This document shows, in pieces, positions 45,935 through 55,490 of a DNA stretch of 64,000 nucleotides. The stretch covers positions 35,623-99,622 of the forward strand of contig JAJDBB010000096.1 in the NCBI GenBank assembly GCA_029261555.1, written 5' to 3'. The translations under genes were made by a program, and so were the position numbers. Origin of the DNA: Nitrospinaceae bacterium (lineage in GTDB: Bacteria; Nitrospinota; Nitrospinia; Nitrospinales; JACRGP01). Positions within the stretch are counted from its first letter, which is position 1, and every line of letters begins with the position of its first letter. A model generated the notes under the pieces. That model was not told the DNA's origin. It was given only the letters and a program-made list of their open reading frames with translations, and searched no databases.

Positions 45935-46528
45935 GTGTCTGCAACGGAAAGAACAGTAAAAAAAGTTCAGGCCAGGCATATTCTGGTCGATTCCAAAGAA
46001 AAAGCCGCAGCGTTAAAAGTCCAGTTGGACGAGGGCGCGGATTTCAATAAATTGGCGGAAGAGCACAGCGAGTGTCCCTCTAAAAAGCGCGGAGGAGACT
46101 TAGGTTGGTTCGGTAAAGGCGCGATGGTGCGGCCTTTTGAGGTGGCCGCATTTTCCGCACAGGAAGGAGAAATGGTCGGTCCGGTTAAAACTGAGTTTGG
46201 ATGGCACCTGATTTACGTTTATGAAGTTAAGGACGACGTCAATCCAGATGCAGGGCCGCCCACTGGCGACGAAGACGCGGACGATGGCACCTTGCGCCTG
46301 GTGGCGGAAAACTACGCCCACGAGTTCATGATGCTGGGCTACACCAGCAAAAAAGTCATGAGCCTGTTTACCAGCCCGCATTTTAAATCCGCGAACACCG
46401 TTTACAATATTCTGGGGGAAGGGACCATTCAGGAAGTCATCGCCTCCGTATTCGGCCAAAAGTACGAGGCTCCGAAAAAAACCGACGAGACGCCAGAGTC
46501 GGCCCCGGACGAAACCGCCAAGAAATAA
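45935..46528 (+). CDS. Parvulin-type peptidyl-prolyl isomerase (PpiC-like) with ~100-aa C-terminal extension
   Basis: VQARHILV...FNKLAEEHSECPSKKRGGDLGWFGKGAMVRPFEVAAF...GPVKTEFGWHLIYV. Confidence 0.85.
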   Translation: MSATERTVKKVQARHILVDSKEKAAALKVQLDEGADFNKLAEEHSECPSKKRGGDLGWFGKGAMVRPFEVAAFSAQEGEMVGPVKTEFGWHLIYVYEVKDDVNPDAGPPTGDEDADDGTLRLVAENYAHEFMMLGYTSKKVMSLFTSPHFKSANTVYNILGEGTIQEVIASVFGQKYEAPKKTDETPESAPDETAKK

Positions 46529-46569
46529 GGCGAGCTGTTAAATCTGAATTAAATCGAATATGTTTAAAA

Positions 46570-46605
46570 AGGCCCCTTTCTTAAAAGAAAGGGGCCTTTT
46601 TTTTT
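46570..46605. terminator. Bidirectional Rho-independent terminator between convergent parvulin and serA units
   Basis: AGGCCCCTTTC-TTAAAA-GAAAGGGGCCT, with an A-tract upstream and 8 T downstream. Confidence 0.8.
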
Positions 46606-46699
46606 GACGTCCACGCGCCGATCCCGCCCGAAGGCAAGACTGATTTGCAAATCCAATGCGGCTTGCGGCGCTCGCCATATAAGAGGCGAGTTACTTTGT

Positions 46700-46714
46700 C
46701 CAGCGGCACGCTGG
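46700..46714. repeat. Variant copy of the CCAGCG-N3-CGCTGG hairpin motif (loop GCA)
   Basis: CCAGCGGCACGCTGG read from the sequence. It is followed by TCTTAAAAGAAAGGGGTCTTTTT, a near copy of the right half of the terminator at 46570-46605. Confidence 0.4.
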
Positions 46715-46756
46715 TCTTAAAAGAAAGGGGTCTTTTTAATTTTTCGCTTCGAGAAC

Positions 46757-48337
46757 TTATAATTTTACGCTATGGACCTCCGTGATATTCGGGGTCTCGC
46801 GAAGTTCTCGCAAAGTTTCATTGGTCGGCGGAGAGTCCACGTTGATAATGGAAACCGCCGTCCCTTTTTCCTGAAACCGCCCCAAATGAAAGCCAGCGAT
46901 ATTAATTTTGTTTTTCTCAAGAACCTTGCCCACATGACCGATCACCCCGGGCGCGTCCTTGTTTTTCAGAACCAGCATATAATCTGAAAACCTCGCCTCC
47001 AGATTGAAATCGTCCAGCTTCGCGATTCTCGGATCTCGATTGCCGAAAATAGTTCCGGTAATGCTGCGCGAGCCGCTCTTGGTTCGCACCACCACCTCCA
47101 TCGTATTGGCGTAGTCCTTGGCGTCGCTGTTTTTGGACTCCTTGATAGAAATTCCTCTTTCCTTGGCCAAATAGGGAGCGTTAACCATGTTCACGCCTTC
47201 GATGCTTCCGGAAAAGAATCCTTTCAAAACGGAAATAGTGATCGGTTCCACCTTGAGCTCCGCAACCTCTCCACAGTATATAATTTGCAGCGACTCCAGG
47301 CCGTCGTCGGTCAATTGCGAAATCAACGTTCCCAGCTTCTCCCCCAACTCCAGGTGAGGCTTGATCTGCCCCAGTAAATCCTCGTCGATGGAAGGCATGT
47401 TGACGGCGTTTCGAACGCGACCGTACTTCAAATAATCGATCATCTGATCCGCGATCGCCACCGCCACGTTTTCCTGAGCCTCTTCCGTGGAAGCGCCCAG
47501 ATGCGGAGTGCAAATCACCTCGTCCAGCTTCAATAACGGATTGTCCTGATTCACCGGTTCTTGCGAATAAACGTCCAGAGCCGCGCCCGCCACCTTTTTG
47601 TCCTGAATGGCCTGAGCCAGAGCCTCCTCGTCGATCAACCCGCCCCGGGCGCAATTGACGATTCGGATGCCCGGCTTGACGCAGTCGAACTCTTCCTTGC
47701 CTAAAAGCGGTTTGCCGGAAATTTTTGGAGTGTGCAGGGTGAGAAAATCGCTCCGCTCAAGAACGTCCTTGAGTTCCGCGCGCTCCACGCCCAGGCTCTC
47801 CGCATGCTCGTCCGTAATATAAGGATCGTACGCCAGAATCTTCATGGCAAAACCCTTGGCCCGTTGAGCCACGATCGAACCGATCCTCCCCATGCCGACC
47901 ACGCCCAAAGTTTTTCCGAACAATTCGACGCCCAGGTATTTTTTGGGAGTCCATTGACCGTCGACCTTCACCGACTGGTTCGCCTGAGGCGTGTTGCGGG
48001 AGAGAGACAGCATCAATGCCATGGCATGCTCTGCCGTGGTGATCACGTTGCCGTCCGGAGCGTTCATGACGATGATTCCTTTCTTACCCGCCGCGTTCAG
48101 GTCGACATTGTCGACGCCGATTCCGGCGCGACCGATCACCTTTAACTTCGTTGCGGCCTCAATGACGTCCGCCGTTACCTTGGTGGCGCTTCTTATAGCG
48201 AGTCCGTCATAGTCGGGGATTACCTGGATCAGCTCTTCCTTGGTCATTCCCGTTTTAACGTCGACTTCGATACCGCTTTCCTTCTTCAAAATTTCTACTC
48301 CCACGGAGGAGAGATTATCGCTTACAAGGACCTTCAT
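46757..48337 (-). CDS. serA: D-3-phosphoglycerate dehydrogenase (long form with ACT domain)
   Basis: 526 aa. NAD motif GVVGMGRIGSIVA, catalytic-region conservation and a C-terminal ACT-like region. Confidence 0.9.
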   Translation of the reverse strand: MKVLVSDNLSSVGVEILKKESGIEVDVKTGMTKEELIQVIPDYDGLAIRSATKVTADVIEAATKLKVIGRAGIGVDNVDLNAAGKKGIIVMNAPDGNVITTAEHAMALMLSLSRNTPQANQSVKVDGQWTPKKYLGVELFGKTLGVVGMGRIGSIVAQRAKGFAMKILAYDPYITDEHAESLGVERAELKDVLERSDFLTLHTPKISGKPLLGKEEFDCVKPGIRIVNCARGGLIDEEALAQAIQDKKVAGAALDVYSQEPVNQDNPLLKLDEVICTPHLGASTEEAQENVAVAIADQMIDYLKYGRVRNAVNMPSIDEDLLGQIKPHLELGEKLGTLISQLTDDGLESLQIIYCGEVAELKVEPITISVLKGFFSGSIEGVNMVNAPYLAKERGISIKESKNSDAKDYANTMEVVVRTKSGSRSITGTIFGNRDPRIAKLDDFNLEARFSDYMLVLKNKDAPGVIGHVGKVLEKNKINIAGFHLGRFQEKGTAVSIINVDSPPTNETLRELRETPNITEVHSVKL

Positions 48338-48401
48338 TCCTGTCGCTCCAATAGTTGAATTTTAATATGAATCCACGCGCATCTGCGCTCGTAAGATCGG
48401 A

Positions 48402-49547
48402 TCAATAGCCTTCCAAAAGAATTTCCTGGGCGGCGGCAACGCCTTTGCCCAACTCCACGGGATGGCCGAATTTTTTCAACGCCATCTCCACGGCGGAAAT
48501 CGCCACCACCACGTCGAACGTGTCGATATAGCCGAGGTGGGCGACGCGGAGAATTTTCCCTTTCCATTGGTCCTGCCCGCCGGCGAGGGTCACGCCAAAC
48601 TCGTCACGGATGCATTTGACCAGCTTGGCCCCGTCGACAGACTCCGGTACGAAGAAACCCGTGCAACTGTCCGCCGGGCTGTCCGGAGCGCACAAACGCA
48701 GGCCCAAAGCCTGGGCCGCCGCGCGCGTGGCCCGCGCCAGCCGGTTGTGCCGGGCGTGAACGACGTCCAGTCCGTCTTCCTTCACGTCCTGCAACACCTT
48801 TCTCAACCCGATCACCAGCGATACCGCAGGAGTGTAGGCCGAGGTCTTGTTGGCGAGATTCTTCTTTTCTTTTTTGAAATCGAAATAGAACTTCGGGCAT
48901 TTGGATTGATCTGCAAATTTCCACGCCTTCTCGCTCAAAGACACGAGCGCCAGACCCGGCGGCAGGCACAAGGCCTTTTGCGAACCGGTGAGCAGGACGT
49001 CGATTCCCCAATCGTCCATGGGAAGCGGGAAAACGCCGACGCCCGTGATGCCGTCGACGATCAAGAGGCAATCGTCCCGGTCGCGGGTCAGTTTGGCCAA
49101 AGCCTCGATGGGATGCGCGGCGGCGGTGGACGTTTCACTGGCCTGCACACACACGGCACGGATGTCAGGATCGTCGTCCAGGATTTTTTTGATCGCGGCG
49201 GGGTCGCAAGCCGTTCCCCATTCCACCTCGTGCCACACCACGGACATGCCGTAAGTCTCGCCTATCTTGCCCCAGCGCTCGCCGAACTTTCCGCCGTTGA
49301 TCGCGAGGATTTTATCTCCGGGAGACAAGCAGTTGACGATGCTCCCCTCCATGGCGCCGGTTCCCGTCGAAGCGAGAATTAGAACGTCCTGTTTTGTTTG
49401 GAAGAGATACTTGGCGTCCTCCGCGGCCTCGCCGAAAATCGCGCTGAACTGCGGCGTCCGGTGGTGGACCATGGGGGCGGCCATTTCGAGTAAAACGTGT
49501 TCTGGAACCGGGGTGGGACCCGGCGCCAGGAGATACCTTTTTTTCAT
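48402..49547 (-). CDS. Class V aminotransferase (serine-pyruvate/AGXT-like; possibly the phosphoserine aminotransferase partner of serA)
   Basis: LLAPGPTPVP start and PLP-lysine region TGSQKAL. It is adjacent to and co-oriented with serA. Confidence 0.8.
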   Translation of the reverse strand: MKKRYLLAPGPTPVPEHVLLEMAAPMVHHRTPQFSAIFGEAAEDAKYLFQTKQDVLILASTGTGAMEGSIVNCLSPGDKILAINGGKFGERWGKIGETYGMSVVWHEVEWGTACDPAAIKKILDDDPDIRAVCVQASETSTAAAHPIEALAKLTRDRDDCLLIVDGITGVGVFPLPMDDWGIDVLLTGSQKALCLPPGLALVSLSEKAWKFADQSKCPKFYFDFKKEKKNLANKTSAYTPAVSLVIGLRKVLQDVKEDGLDVVHARHNRLARATRAAAQALGLRLCAPDSPADSCTGFFVPESVDGAKLVKCIRDEFGVTLAGGQDQWKGKILRVAHLGYIDTFDVVVAISAVEMALKKFGHPVELGKGVAAAQEILLEGY

Positions 49548-49765
49548 AATGATTGTTCCTGTTTAGAAGATTTATGATAAATGGATTTGGTAGTTTTTTT
49601 ATGCGTCCCGGCTGGAATTATAAAAGGCCGCCCGTTAAAGGGGAAGCCGGTCGCGGTGCGGGACAATCAGGGATCGGAAAACGCAAGAAGAAGTTTCCGG
49701 AACGTATCCTGAAAATTATTCGAATTGGGCTGTATTAAGGAACCTTACAGAAAGGCAGTGGCCAA

Positions 49766-49794
49766 ATTATATAAAATTTGAGGCCAAACCACAA
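49766..49794 (-). promoter_or_regulatory. Candidate promoter TTGTGG-N17-TATAAT (minus strand) ~210 nt upstream of the aminotransferase start
   Basis: TATAAT is the complement of 49766-49771 and TTGTGG of 49789-49794, with a 17-nt spacer. This implies a long leader. Confidence 0.3.
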
Positions 49795-49883
49795 GCCCCG
49801 GCGGTGGCAAATTCGCCGGGCCGAGCGCCTCGACAAGCTCAACCTGACATGATTACCTAGGTCGACCTACTTAAATGGGTGCG

Positions 49884-50756
49884 TTAGGAACGTTTCTTTT
49901 TTGAGTCTGATGAGCCGCCGATTTTCTTGGCGTTCTTGCCTAGCTCCACCGACTTCAAAGTCGCTTCCTCCACCGCGTTCATGAGCGTGGTTCGCAGTCC
50001 GCCGGCTTCCAGAGTGTGCAGGCCGGAGATCGTGGTGCCGCCGGGAGACGTCACCATATCCTTCAACTCGCCGGGATGCTTGCCGCTCTCCAGCGCCAGT
50101 TTAGCGGACCCCATCACCGTATGGATGGTCAACGCGTTGGAAACTTCCCGCGACAGGCCCATTTTCACTCCGGCGTCGGACAGGGCTTCGATGATCATAA
50201 AAATGTAAGCGGGACCGCTTCCGCTCAATCCCGTGACGGCGTCCAGATGCGTCTCTTCGACGTCCACGGTTTTGCCAATGGCCTCGAACAGGCGATGGGC
50301 GATCTGGATATCCGTTTTGGAACAATGCTCCGACGCCGCGATCGCGGTGACGCCTGCCTGTACCAGGGCCGGAGTGTTGGGCATGGTCCGGACGATGGAG
50401 GCGCTTTTGCTAGGCGAATTGTTCAGTATTTCCTCGAAGGCGACGATGGGCGTGCCCGCCGCGACGGAGACAATCAGCTTGGAGTTGTCCACCAGATCCT
50501 GGATTTCTTTTAACAGGGATTGGATGACCTGCGGTTTTACGGCGACGATGAGGACGTCGCATTTTTCGGCCACTTCGCGGTTGTCCCCCGAAGCTTTGAT
50601 TTTATACAGCTTGTGCAAAGTTTCCTGGCGGGCTTCGACGGGGTCGGAGACGTAAATATTTTTTGCTTCGATGAACGAGGCGGAAATCAATCCCTTGATA
50701 ATGGCTTCGGCCATGTTGCCTCCGCCCAGAAATCCAAGCTTTTTACTTCTCAACAC
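49884..50756 (-). CDS. proC: Pyrroline-5-carboxylate reductase
   Basis: LGFLGGGNMAEAIIKGL Rossmann motif and the C-terminal dimerisation region SPGGTT. Confidence 0.9.
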   Translation of the reverse strand: MLRSKKLGFLGGGNMAEAIIKGLISASFIEAKNIYVSDPVEARQETLHKLYKIKASGDNREVAEKCDVLIVAVKPQVIQSLLKEIQDLVDNSKLIVSVAAGTPIVAFEEILNNSPSKSASIVRTMPNTPALVQAGVTAIAASEHCSKTDIQIAHRLFEAIGKTVDVEETHLDAVTGLSGSGPAYIFMIIEALSDAGVKMGLSREVSNALTIHTVMGSAKLALESGKHPGELKDMVTSPGGTTISGLHTLEAGGLRTTLMNAVEEATLKSVELGKNAKKIGGSSDSKKKRS

Positions 50757-50795
50757 GATTTATTCTCCCGGTGTTAGAAATTTGCATTTGCCTCT

Positions 50796-51488
50796 TTATT
50801 GATTAGCGCGCGGACCAAAAATCGCCGTTCCCACCCGCACCAACGTTGCGCCTTCTTCCACGGCGACCTCGTAATCATGGGTCATGCCCATGGAAAGGTC
50901 GCTCAATTGAATATTCTCTATATTAAGGGATTCCATTTTATCCCGCAATGCGCGCAATTGGGCAAAGTATTTTCGCGCGTCCTCGGGGTCCGGGTTTTGT
51001 GGAGGGATGGTCGTTAGACCTTTGACTTTGATTTTGTCCAGGCGCGACAGGTCTATCAAAAGTTTTTCCAACTCTTCGGGGGCGACGCCGGATTTACTTT
51101 CTTCGCCGGAGATATTTACTTGTACCAGCGCTGCGATGGAAGAGTTGCGCCGGGAGGCTTCCTTTTGAATCGCCTCGGCCAGCTCCAGGCTGTCGAGAGA
51201 GTGGAATAAATCGAATCCATCGAACAGGTATTTGACTTTGTTTTTTTGCAGATGACCGATGAAGTGCCATTGGTATTCTTGCTCGCCCAGGTGCGAAATT
51301 TTCTCCCGCGCCTCCTGCATTTTGTTTTCGCCGAAACAGGTTTGACCCGCCTGCCGGGCCTGGACAATCAATTCCGCTGGAACCTGTTTGCTGACGGCGA
51401 CCAGAGAGACGTCTTCGGGGTTTCTCCCGGAGCGCTTGGCCGCCTGAGCGATCCTGTCTTTAACGATTTGAAGGGCGTCTGAAATCAA
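50796..51488 (-). CDS. yggS: YggS-family PLP homeostasis protein
   Basis: LVAVSKQVP (PLP lysine), WHFIGHLQKNKVKY and SMGMTHDYEVAVEEGATLVRVGTAIFG. Confidence 0.9.
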   Translation of the reverse strand: MISDALQIVKDRIAQAAKRSGRNPEDVSLVAVSKQVPAELIVQARQAGQTCFGENKMQEAREKISHLGEQEYQWHFIGHLQKNKVKYLFDGFDLFHSLDSLELAEAIQKEASRRNSSIAALVQVNISGEESKSGVAPEELEKLLIDLSRLDKIKVKGLTTIPPQNPDPEDARKYFAQLRALRDKMESLNIENIQLSDLSMGMTHDYEVAVEEGATLVRVGTAIFGPRANQ

Positions 51489-51509
51489 AGGGAATATTAT
51501 TAGCGCGCT

Positions 51510-52736
51510 TTACTTCCGGGAGGAATTTGCGGCGGCGTCAAAGTGAGGGATGGTGAAATGGAAGGTCGCCCCATGATTGAATTCGGAATCAAACCAGATT
51601 TTGCCGAGATGAAAGTCTTCGATGATTTCCCGGCAGGACATCAGGCCGAAGCCGTTGCCGTCCGGTTTGCTGGTGAAGTTTTCCCTCAAGAGAATGGGCT
51701 GGATGTGTTCGGGGATTCCAGCGCCGTTGTCTATAATGCTGATCTGGTTGTAACCGTTGCCGTCCGTTAAAGTTATTTCAATGGTTCCGTCTTTTTCTGA
51801 GGCGTACCCGGCGTTAAGAAGCAGGTTTTGCAACACCCGTTTGATATCCAAAAAATTGAAATGGGCGCTTTTTAAATCCACGTTTTCCTGGACCACGATG
51901 TTCTTTTTCTTCAAAACCTTATGACAGGAAATTTCGTCGACCGTTTCCTGAATCAACGGCAACACCTGGGCTTCGGCCTTCACATATTCGGATTTTGTTT
52001 TTTTAACGCAAGCCAGACTCTGATCAATCAGAGTGATGAGGTTTTTCCGGACGGAAATCATGGTGTTGAAACTTTTTTCGACCATATCCCAGCCCTCGCG
52101 CTTTTTATGCCGTGGGTCGGTGCCTTTCAGGATATCCACTGCCTTGGATAAATAAACGTCGGCGTATCCCAATGGAACCAAACAGTTTCTCATGTCGTGG
52201 GTGAAATTGCTGACTTTCTGCATGTCTCCGGCCATCACGTCCAAATCGCTCCGCATTCGATGGGAAAACACTTTGACCATTTCCAGCAGGGCGCCGTGAT
52301 CGGAGGCAATATGCTTTTCGAACAAATTTTTGGGAATGATCATGAGGACGGATTCGTCGAGGGCCACCGCGCTTGCGGAGTGGGCCTCCGCGTCCACCAT
52401 CGTCATCTCCCCGAGATATTCGCCCGAACTCAATATTGCGATTCGGTTGCGAAATGTATCGCCCTTGTAAATCAGCAGGTGCCCGGAAAGGATAACGTAG
52501 AAATTTATTTTCTCGTCCTTTTCACCTTCTTTAAGCAAAATTTCATCTTTTTCCAAAACCAATTCGCGGGATTGTTCCACCAGGTCTTTTTGGGTTTCCT
52601 CGGGAAGATATTTAAAAAGGTCGATGCGTTTTAATAATTCAAGCTTTAAAAGGTTATGGCCCTTGGATGAGGCGAGGCGGCTTGGATCGCCGGAGGAGGA
52701 CGTCTGATTTTCTTCGGAAGGTATTTTCTTGCTCAT
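51510..52736 (-). CDS. Cyclic-nucleotide-binding-domain histidine kinase
   Basis: The cNMP-binding-like N-terminus reads LFKYLPEETQKDL...GEYLGEMTMVD. H-box FTHDMRNCL and HATPase motifs (DNGAGIP, GFGLMSC) are present. Confidence 0.8.
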   Translation of the reverse strand: MSKKIPSEENQTSSSGDPSRLASSKGHNLLKLELLKRIDLFKYLPEETQKDLVEQSRELVLEKDEILLKEGEKDEKINFYVILSGHLLIYKGDTFRNRIAILSSGEYLGEMTMVDAEAHSASAVALDESVLMIIPKNLFEKHIASDHGALLEMVKVFSHRMRSDLDVMAGDMQKVSNFTHDMRNCLVPLGYADVYLSKAVDILKGTDPRHKKREGWDMVEKSFNTMISVRKNLITLIDQSLACVKKTKSEYVKAEAQVLPLIQETVDEISCHKVLKKKNIVVQENVDLKSAHFNFLDIKRVLQNLLLNAGYASEKDGTIEITLTDGNGYNQISIIDNGAGIPEHIQPILLRENFTSKPDGNGFGLMSCREIIEDFHLGKIWFDSEFNHGATFHFTIPHFDAAANSSRK

Positions 52737-52987
52737 GACTTAAAACCTCTTTAAAGGGTTTCAAGCTCAGGCGGAAATTAACTTAGAAAAAGTTAAGTTT
52801 GCCGAGTCCAAAATAGAACCACCTCATTCGGATGTCAATACCTAATTGCCGTCAAAGGCCTCCCTGCTGATTATTCTTATCAATCCCGCGTTTACGCAGG
52901 AATCCGACTTGTTTAAGTGATGGATAAATTCTAAAATGGTAGGAATTCATCGGCTCTTCCAATTTTTGTTGCATAAGGAGGGATATT

Positions 52988-54115
52988 TTGGAGGAACTCC
53001 TTAAAAGAATATTGATGAACGTTCCAGACGTTATTCTCGTATTTGACGAGAATATGGGTATTGAGTTTGTGAACACCGCCTTTGGGCGATTGATGAAAAA
53101 ACGGACCCGTGATTTTTTTGGCGCGCCGTTGGCGGACGTCGATGCCGCTTTCCACGAGAGTTTGACCCCCCTTTTCCAAAGAATCCAAAAAAATCCCCAA
53201 GATCCTATCATGAGAACGTTTCGCGAAAAACGCGAAGCGACGTCGGGAGGGTACCAGGCGCGCGACCCGCTGGCTCCAGCTCTTGCCGAAGGAAATGCGG
53301 ACGATTCGCCTAGGGTGTTGACGCTAAGGGGCGACATTTTCACTTACCAGTTTTTCGATGCGGGGCCCGGCGATGGCGACTTGAAAATCGGTTTGGCGCT
53401 CAGCAAGGTGACGGATGAAAAAGAACTGCTGGAACGGTTGACCCAGACCGGAAGCGTTTCCGGCCTGGACACGCTGGCCGCAGGCGTCGCGCACGAAATG
53501 AACAATCCGCTGTTTTCGATCACCGGACACGCGGAGGCCATTCTGGACGAAACGGGAATAGATAAAATCCAGGCCTACGCCGAAAAAATCCGGGGAAGTT
53601 CGCGTCGCATCGCCAAAATCGTTGCGGATTTGTCCGGATATGCGCGTGGCAAGGGAAACGAGGAAAAAAAGAAAATCGACCTCGTTGAAACGCTGGATTC
53701 GGCGGTGAAAATTGCCCTGATCCATTTCGACGAAAACGAGCTGACCGTGGAAAGAAACTACGCCGTTCTTTCGCCCGTGGAAGCGGTTCCCGAAGAGCTT
53801 CAGCGAATTTTCACGAACCTTTTTGAGAACGCTTTACAGGCTATGGACGGCAAGGGAACCTTGTCCATAACGGCGTCTGAAACCGGAGACGGGGTTCAGA
53901 TCCGGGTCCAGGACACAGGTTCCGGTATTTCCAGGAAATATCTGTCGCGAATTTTTAACCCCTTTTTCACCACAAAGGGCCAGGGGAAAGGGACGGGACT
54001 CGGGCTGAACGTGGTTCGTAAACTGGTGAAAAAATACGGCGGCGATATTGAAGTGGAATCCGAGCCGGGCAAAGGCGCCATATTTTCCGTGACCCTCCCT
54101 TGCAATTCAGAATAG
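52988..54115 (+). CDS. PAS-like sensor histidine kinase
   Basis: TTG start after AAGGAGG. H-box AAGVAHEMNNPL and HATPase motifs (DTGSGISRKYL...GTGLGLNVV). Confidence 0.85.
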   Translation: MEELLKRILMNVPDVILVFDENMGIEFVNTAFGRLMKKRTRDFFGAPLADVDAAFHESLTPLFQRIQKNPQDPIMRTFREKREATSGGYQARDPLAPALAEGNADDSPRVLTLRGDIFTYQFFDAGPGDGDLKIGLALSKVTDEKELLERLTQTGSVSGLDTLAAGVAHEMNNPLFSITGHAEAILDETGIDKIQAYAEKIRGSSRRIAKIVADLSGYARGKGNEEKKKIDLVETLDSAVKIALIHFDENELTVERNYAVLSPVEAVPEELQRIFTNLFENALQAMDGKGTLSITASETGDGVQIRVQDTGSGISRKYLSRIFNPFFTTKGQGKGTGLGLNVVRKLVKKYGGDIEVESEPGKGAIFSVTLPCNSE

Positions 54116-54386
54116 AGGCTATCGTTAGGTTCATCAAAGGAGTTTTATTTGGTGGGTATGGAAACAATAAAGCGCATTGGATGCGCTCAAAAAACAAGCT
54201 TGACGCCGCATTGAAAAAGGAATATAAGGTAATCGGTTGTAAAGGACATTATTTGATTTTAGCTCGCGACTGGAAACAAAGGGTAGCGCCTTGAAAATAT
54301 TCTTGCCGGTAAAAAAGTTGATTTGGAATTGAGGCGAGGCTGTTTAAAAAGATATTTTTACTCATTAACTAAACAGGGGGATCGTT

Positions 54387-54809
54387 ATGGGTATTATTGA
54401 CAAAGTATCTGGGGTTCATGGCAAAATCATGATCATCGAAGACGAAGAGGAAGTGCGAGAAATTCTCAAGCTTCATCTGGAGTCGGCGGGCTACGAAGTT
54501 ATAGAGGCCGAAGACGGCGAGAAGGCCATTGAGAAGATGAAAGAAGGATCAAATCTCCTTCGGGTGGGATTGATCATCACCGACATTAGGATGCCCAAGA
54601 TAAACGGGGTTGAGGCGATAGAATATTTGAGAGAGCACGCTCCGTCCAAACCGATCATGGTCGTCACGGGTTACCCCGACACCGACTTGGCTATTTCCCT
54701 AATGCAAAAAGGCGTCAAAGAATACTTGGTTAAACCGGTGGAAAAAGAAAAATTGCTGGAAAAAGTAAAAGCCGTTTTGGCTGAAGAACAAAATTTCGAT
54801 TACGTTTGA
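54387..54809 (+). CDS. Single-domain (CheY-like) response regulator
   Basis: IMIIEDEEEVRE...LIITDIRMPKINGVEA...VVTGYPD...YLVKP. Confidence 0.9.
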   Translation: MGIIDKVSGVHGKIMIIEDEEEVREILKLHLESAGYEVIEAEDGEKAIEKMKEGSNLLRVGLIITDIRMPKINGVEAIEYLREHAPSKPIMVVTGYPDTDLAISLMQKGVKEYLVKPVEKEKLLEKVKAVLAEEQNFDYV

Positions 54810-54835
54810 TCAAAGTTCAACAAGCGTCCAAATAT

Positions 54836-54881
54836 AGCGCCCCTTGGGAGATCATATCCCTCAAGGGGCGCTTTTATTTTT
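54836..54881. terminator. Rho-independent terminator between convergent response-regulator genes
   Basis: AGCGCCCCTTG-(15-nt loop)-CAAGGGGCGCT followed by TTTTATTTTT. Confidence 0.75.
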
Positions 54882-54905
54882 GAGGAGGAAAGGCGTTCTC
54901 CCGGT

Positions 54906-55301
54906 TCAGGAATCTAAATCCGGGCTCTCCCTGGCAAACGAGTCGATGGTATCCAATAGTTTCTCTCGGTCTATGGGTTTTACCAGGTAGGCTTTTCCGC
55001 CTTTGTTTGTAAAGTTAGCCGCCATTTGAGTGTCCGGGTAGCCGGTTAGCATAACAAAAGGGATTTCCGGCGCAAACTTCCTTAAATACTCGAAACAGCC
55101 GATCCCGTTGATTTTGGGCATGCGCACGTCGCATAGTATCAGTCCCACGGTAGCCAGGTTATCGCCCTGTTTCAGGGTGTCGATAGCAACCTCCCCGTTT
55201 TCCGCCTCCAGGATATCGTAATTCTTCGGCTCCAGAGCCAGCAGGATTACTTCGCGGACGTCTGGGTCGTCGTCCACCACTAGAATTTTTCCTTTTGCCA
55301 T
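54906..55301 (-). CDS. Single-domain (CheY-like) response regulator, paralogue of 54387-54809
   Basis: ILVVDDDPDVRE...LILCDVRMPKINGIGC...MLTGYPD...YLVKP. Confidence 0.9.
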   Translation of the reverse strand: MAKGKILVVDDDPDVREVILLALEPKNYDILEAENGEVAIDTLKQGDNLATVGLILCDVRMPKINGIGCFEYLRKFAPEIPFVMLTGYPDTQMAANFTNKGGKAYLVKPIDREKLLDTIDSFARESPDLDS

Positions 55302-55490
55302 TTTTCGCCTCCCCGCCGAGGTAAGGTTTTTCGGTTAGGTAAGTTTCATGACGCGAGCGATTTGGTCCGTTTCATTTGGACTTGGGCGCTGGAAATTATT
55401 ATACTACCAATTGACTGGGTAAGGGCCTGTTATCGGTTTATCCAGTTGGTTTTCCCTCCCGGTTGGTAAAAATTTTTGGAGAAGCAAGGC

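Noticed and set aside
49553-49738. 61-aa plus-strand ORF in the proC/aminotransferase intergenic region
   Set aside because: It has no RBS and a basic low-complexity product. The region is better explained as the leader of the minus-strand operon.
54100-54294. 64-aa ORF in the kinase/response-regulator intergenic region
   Set aside because: It overlaps the kinase stop, has no RBS and resembles no known family. It is probably non-coding.
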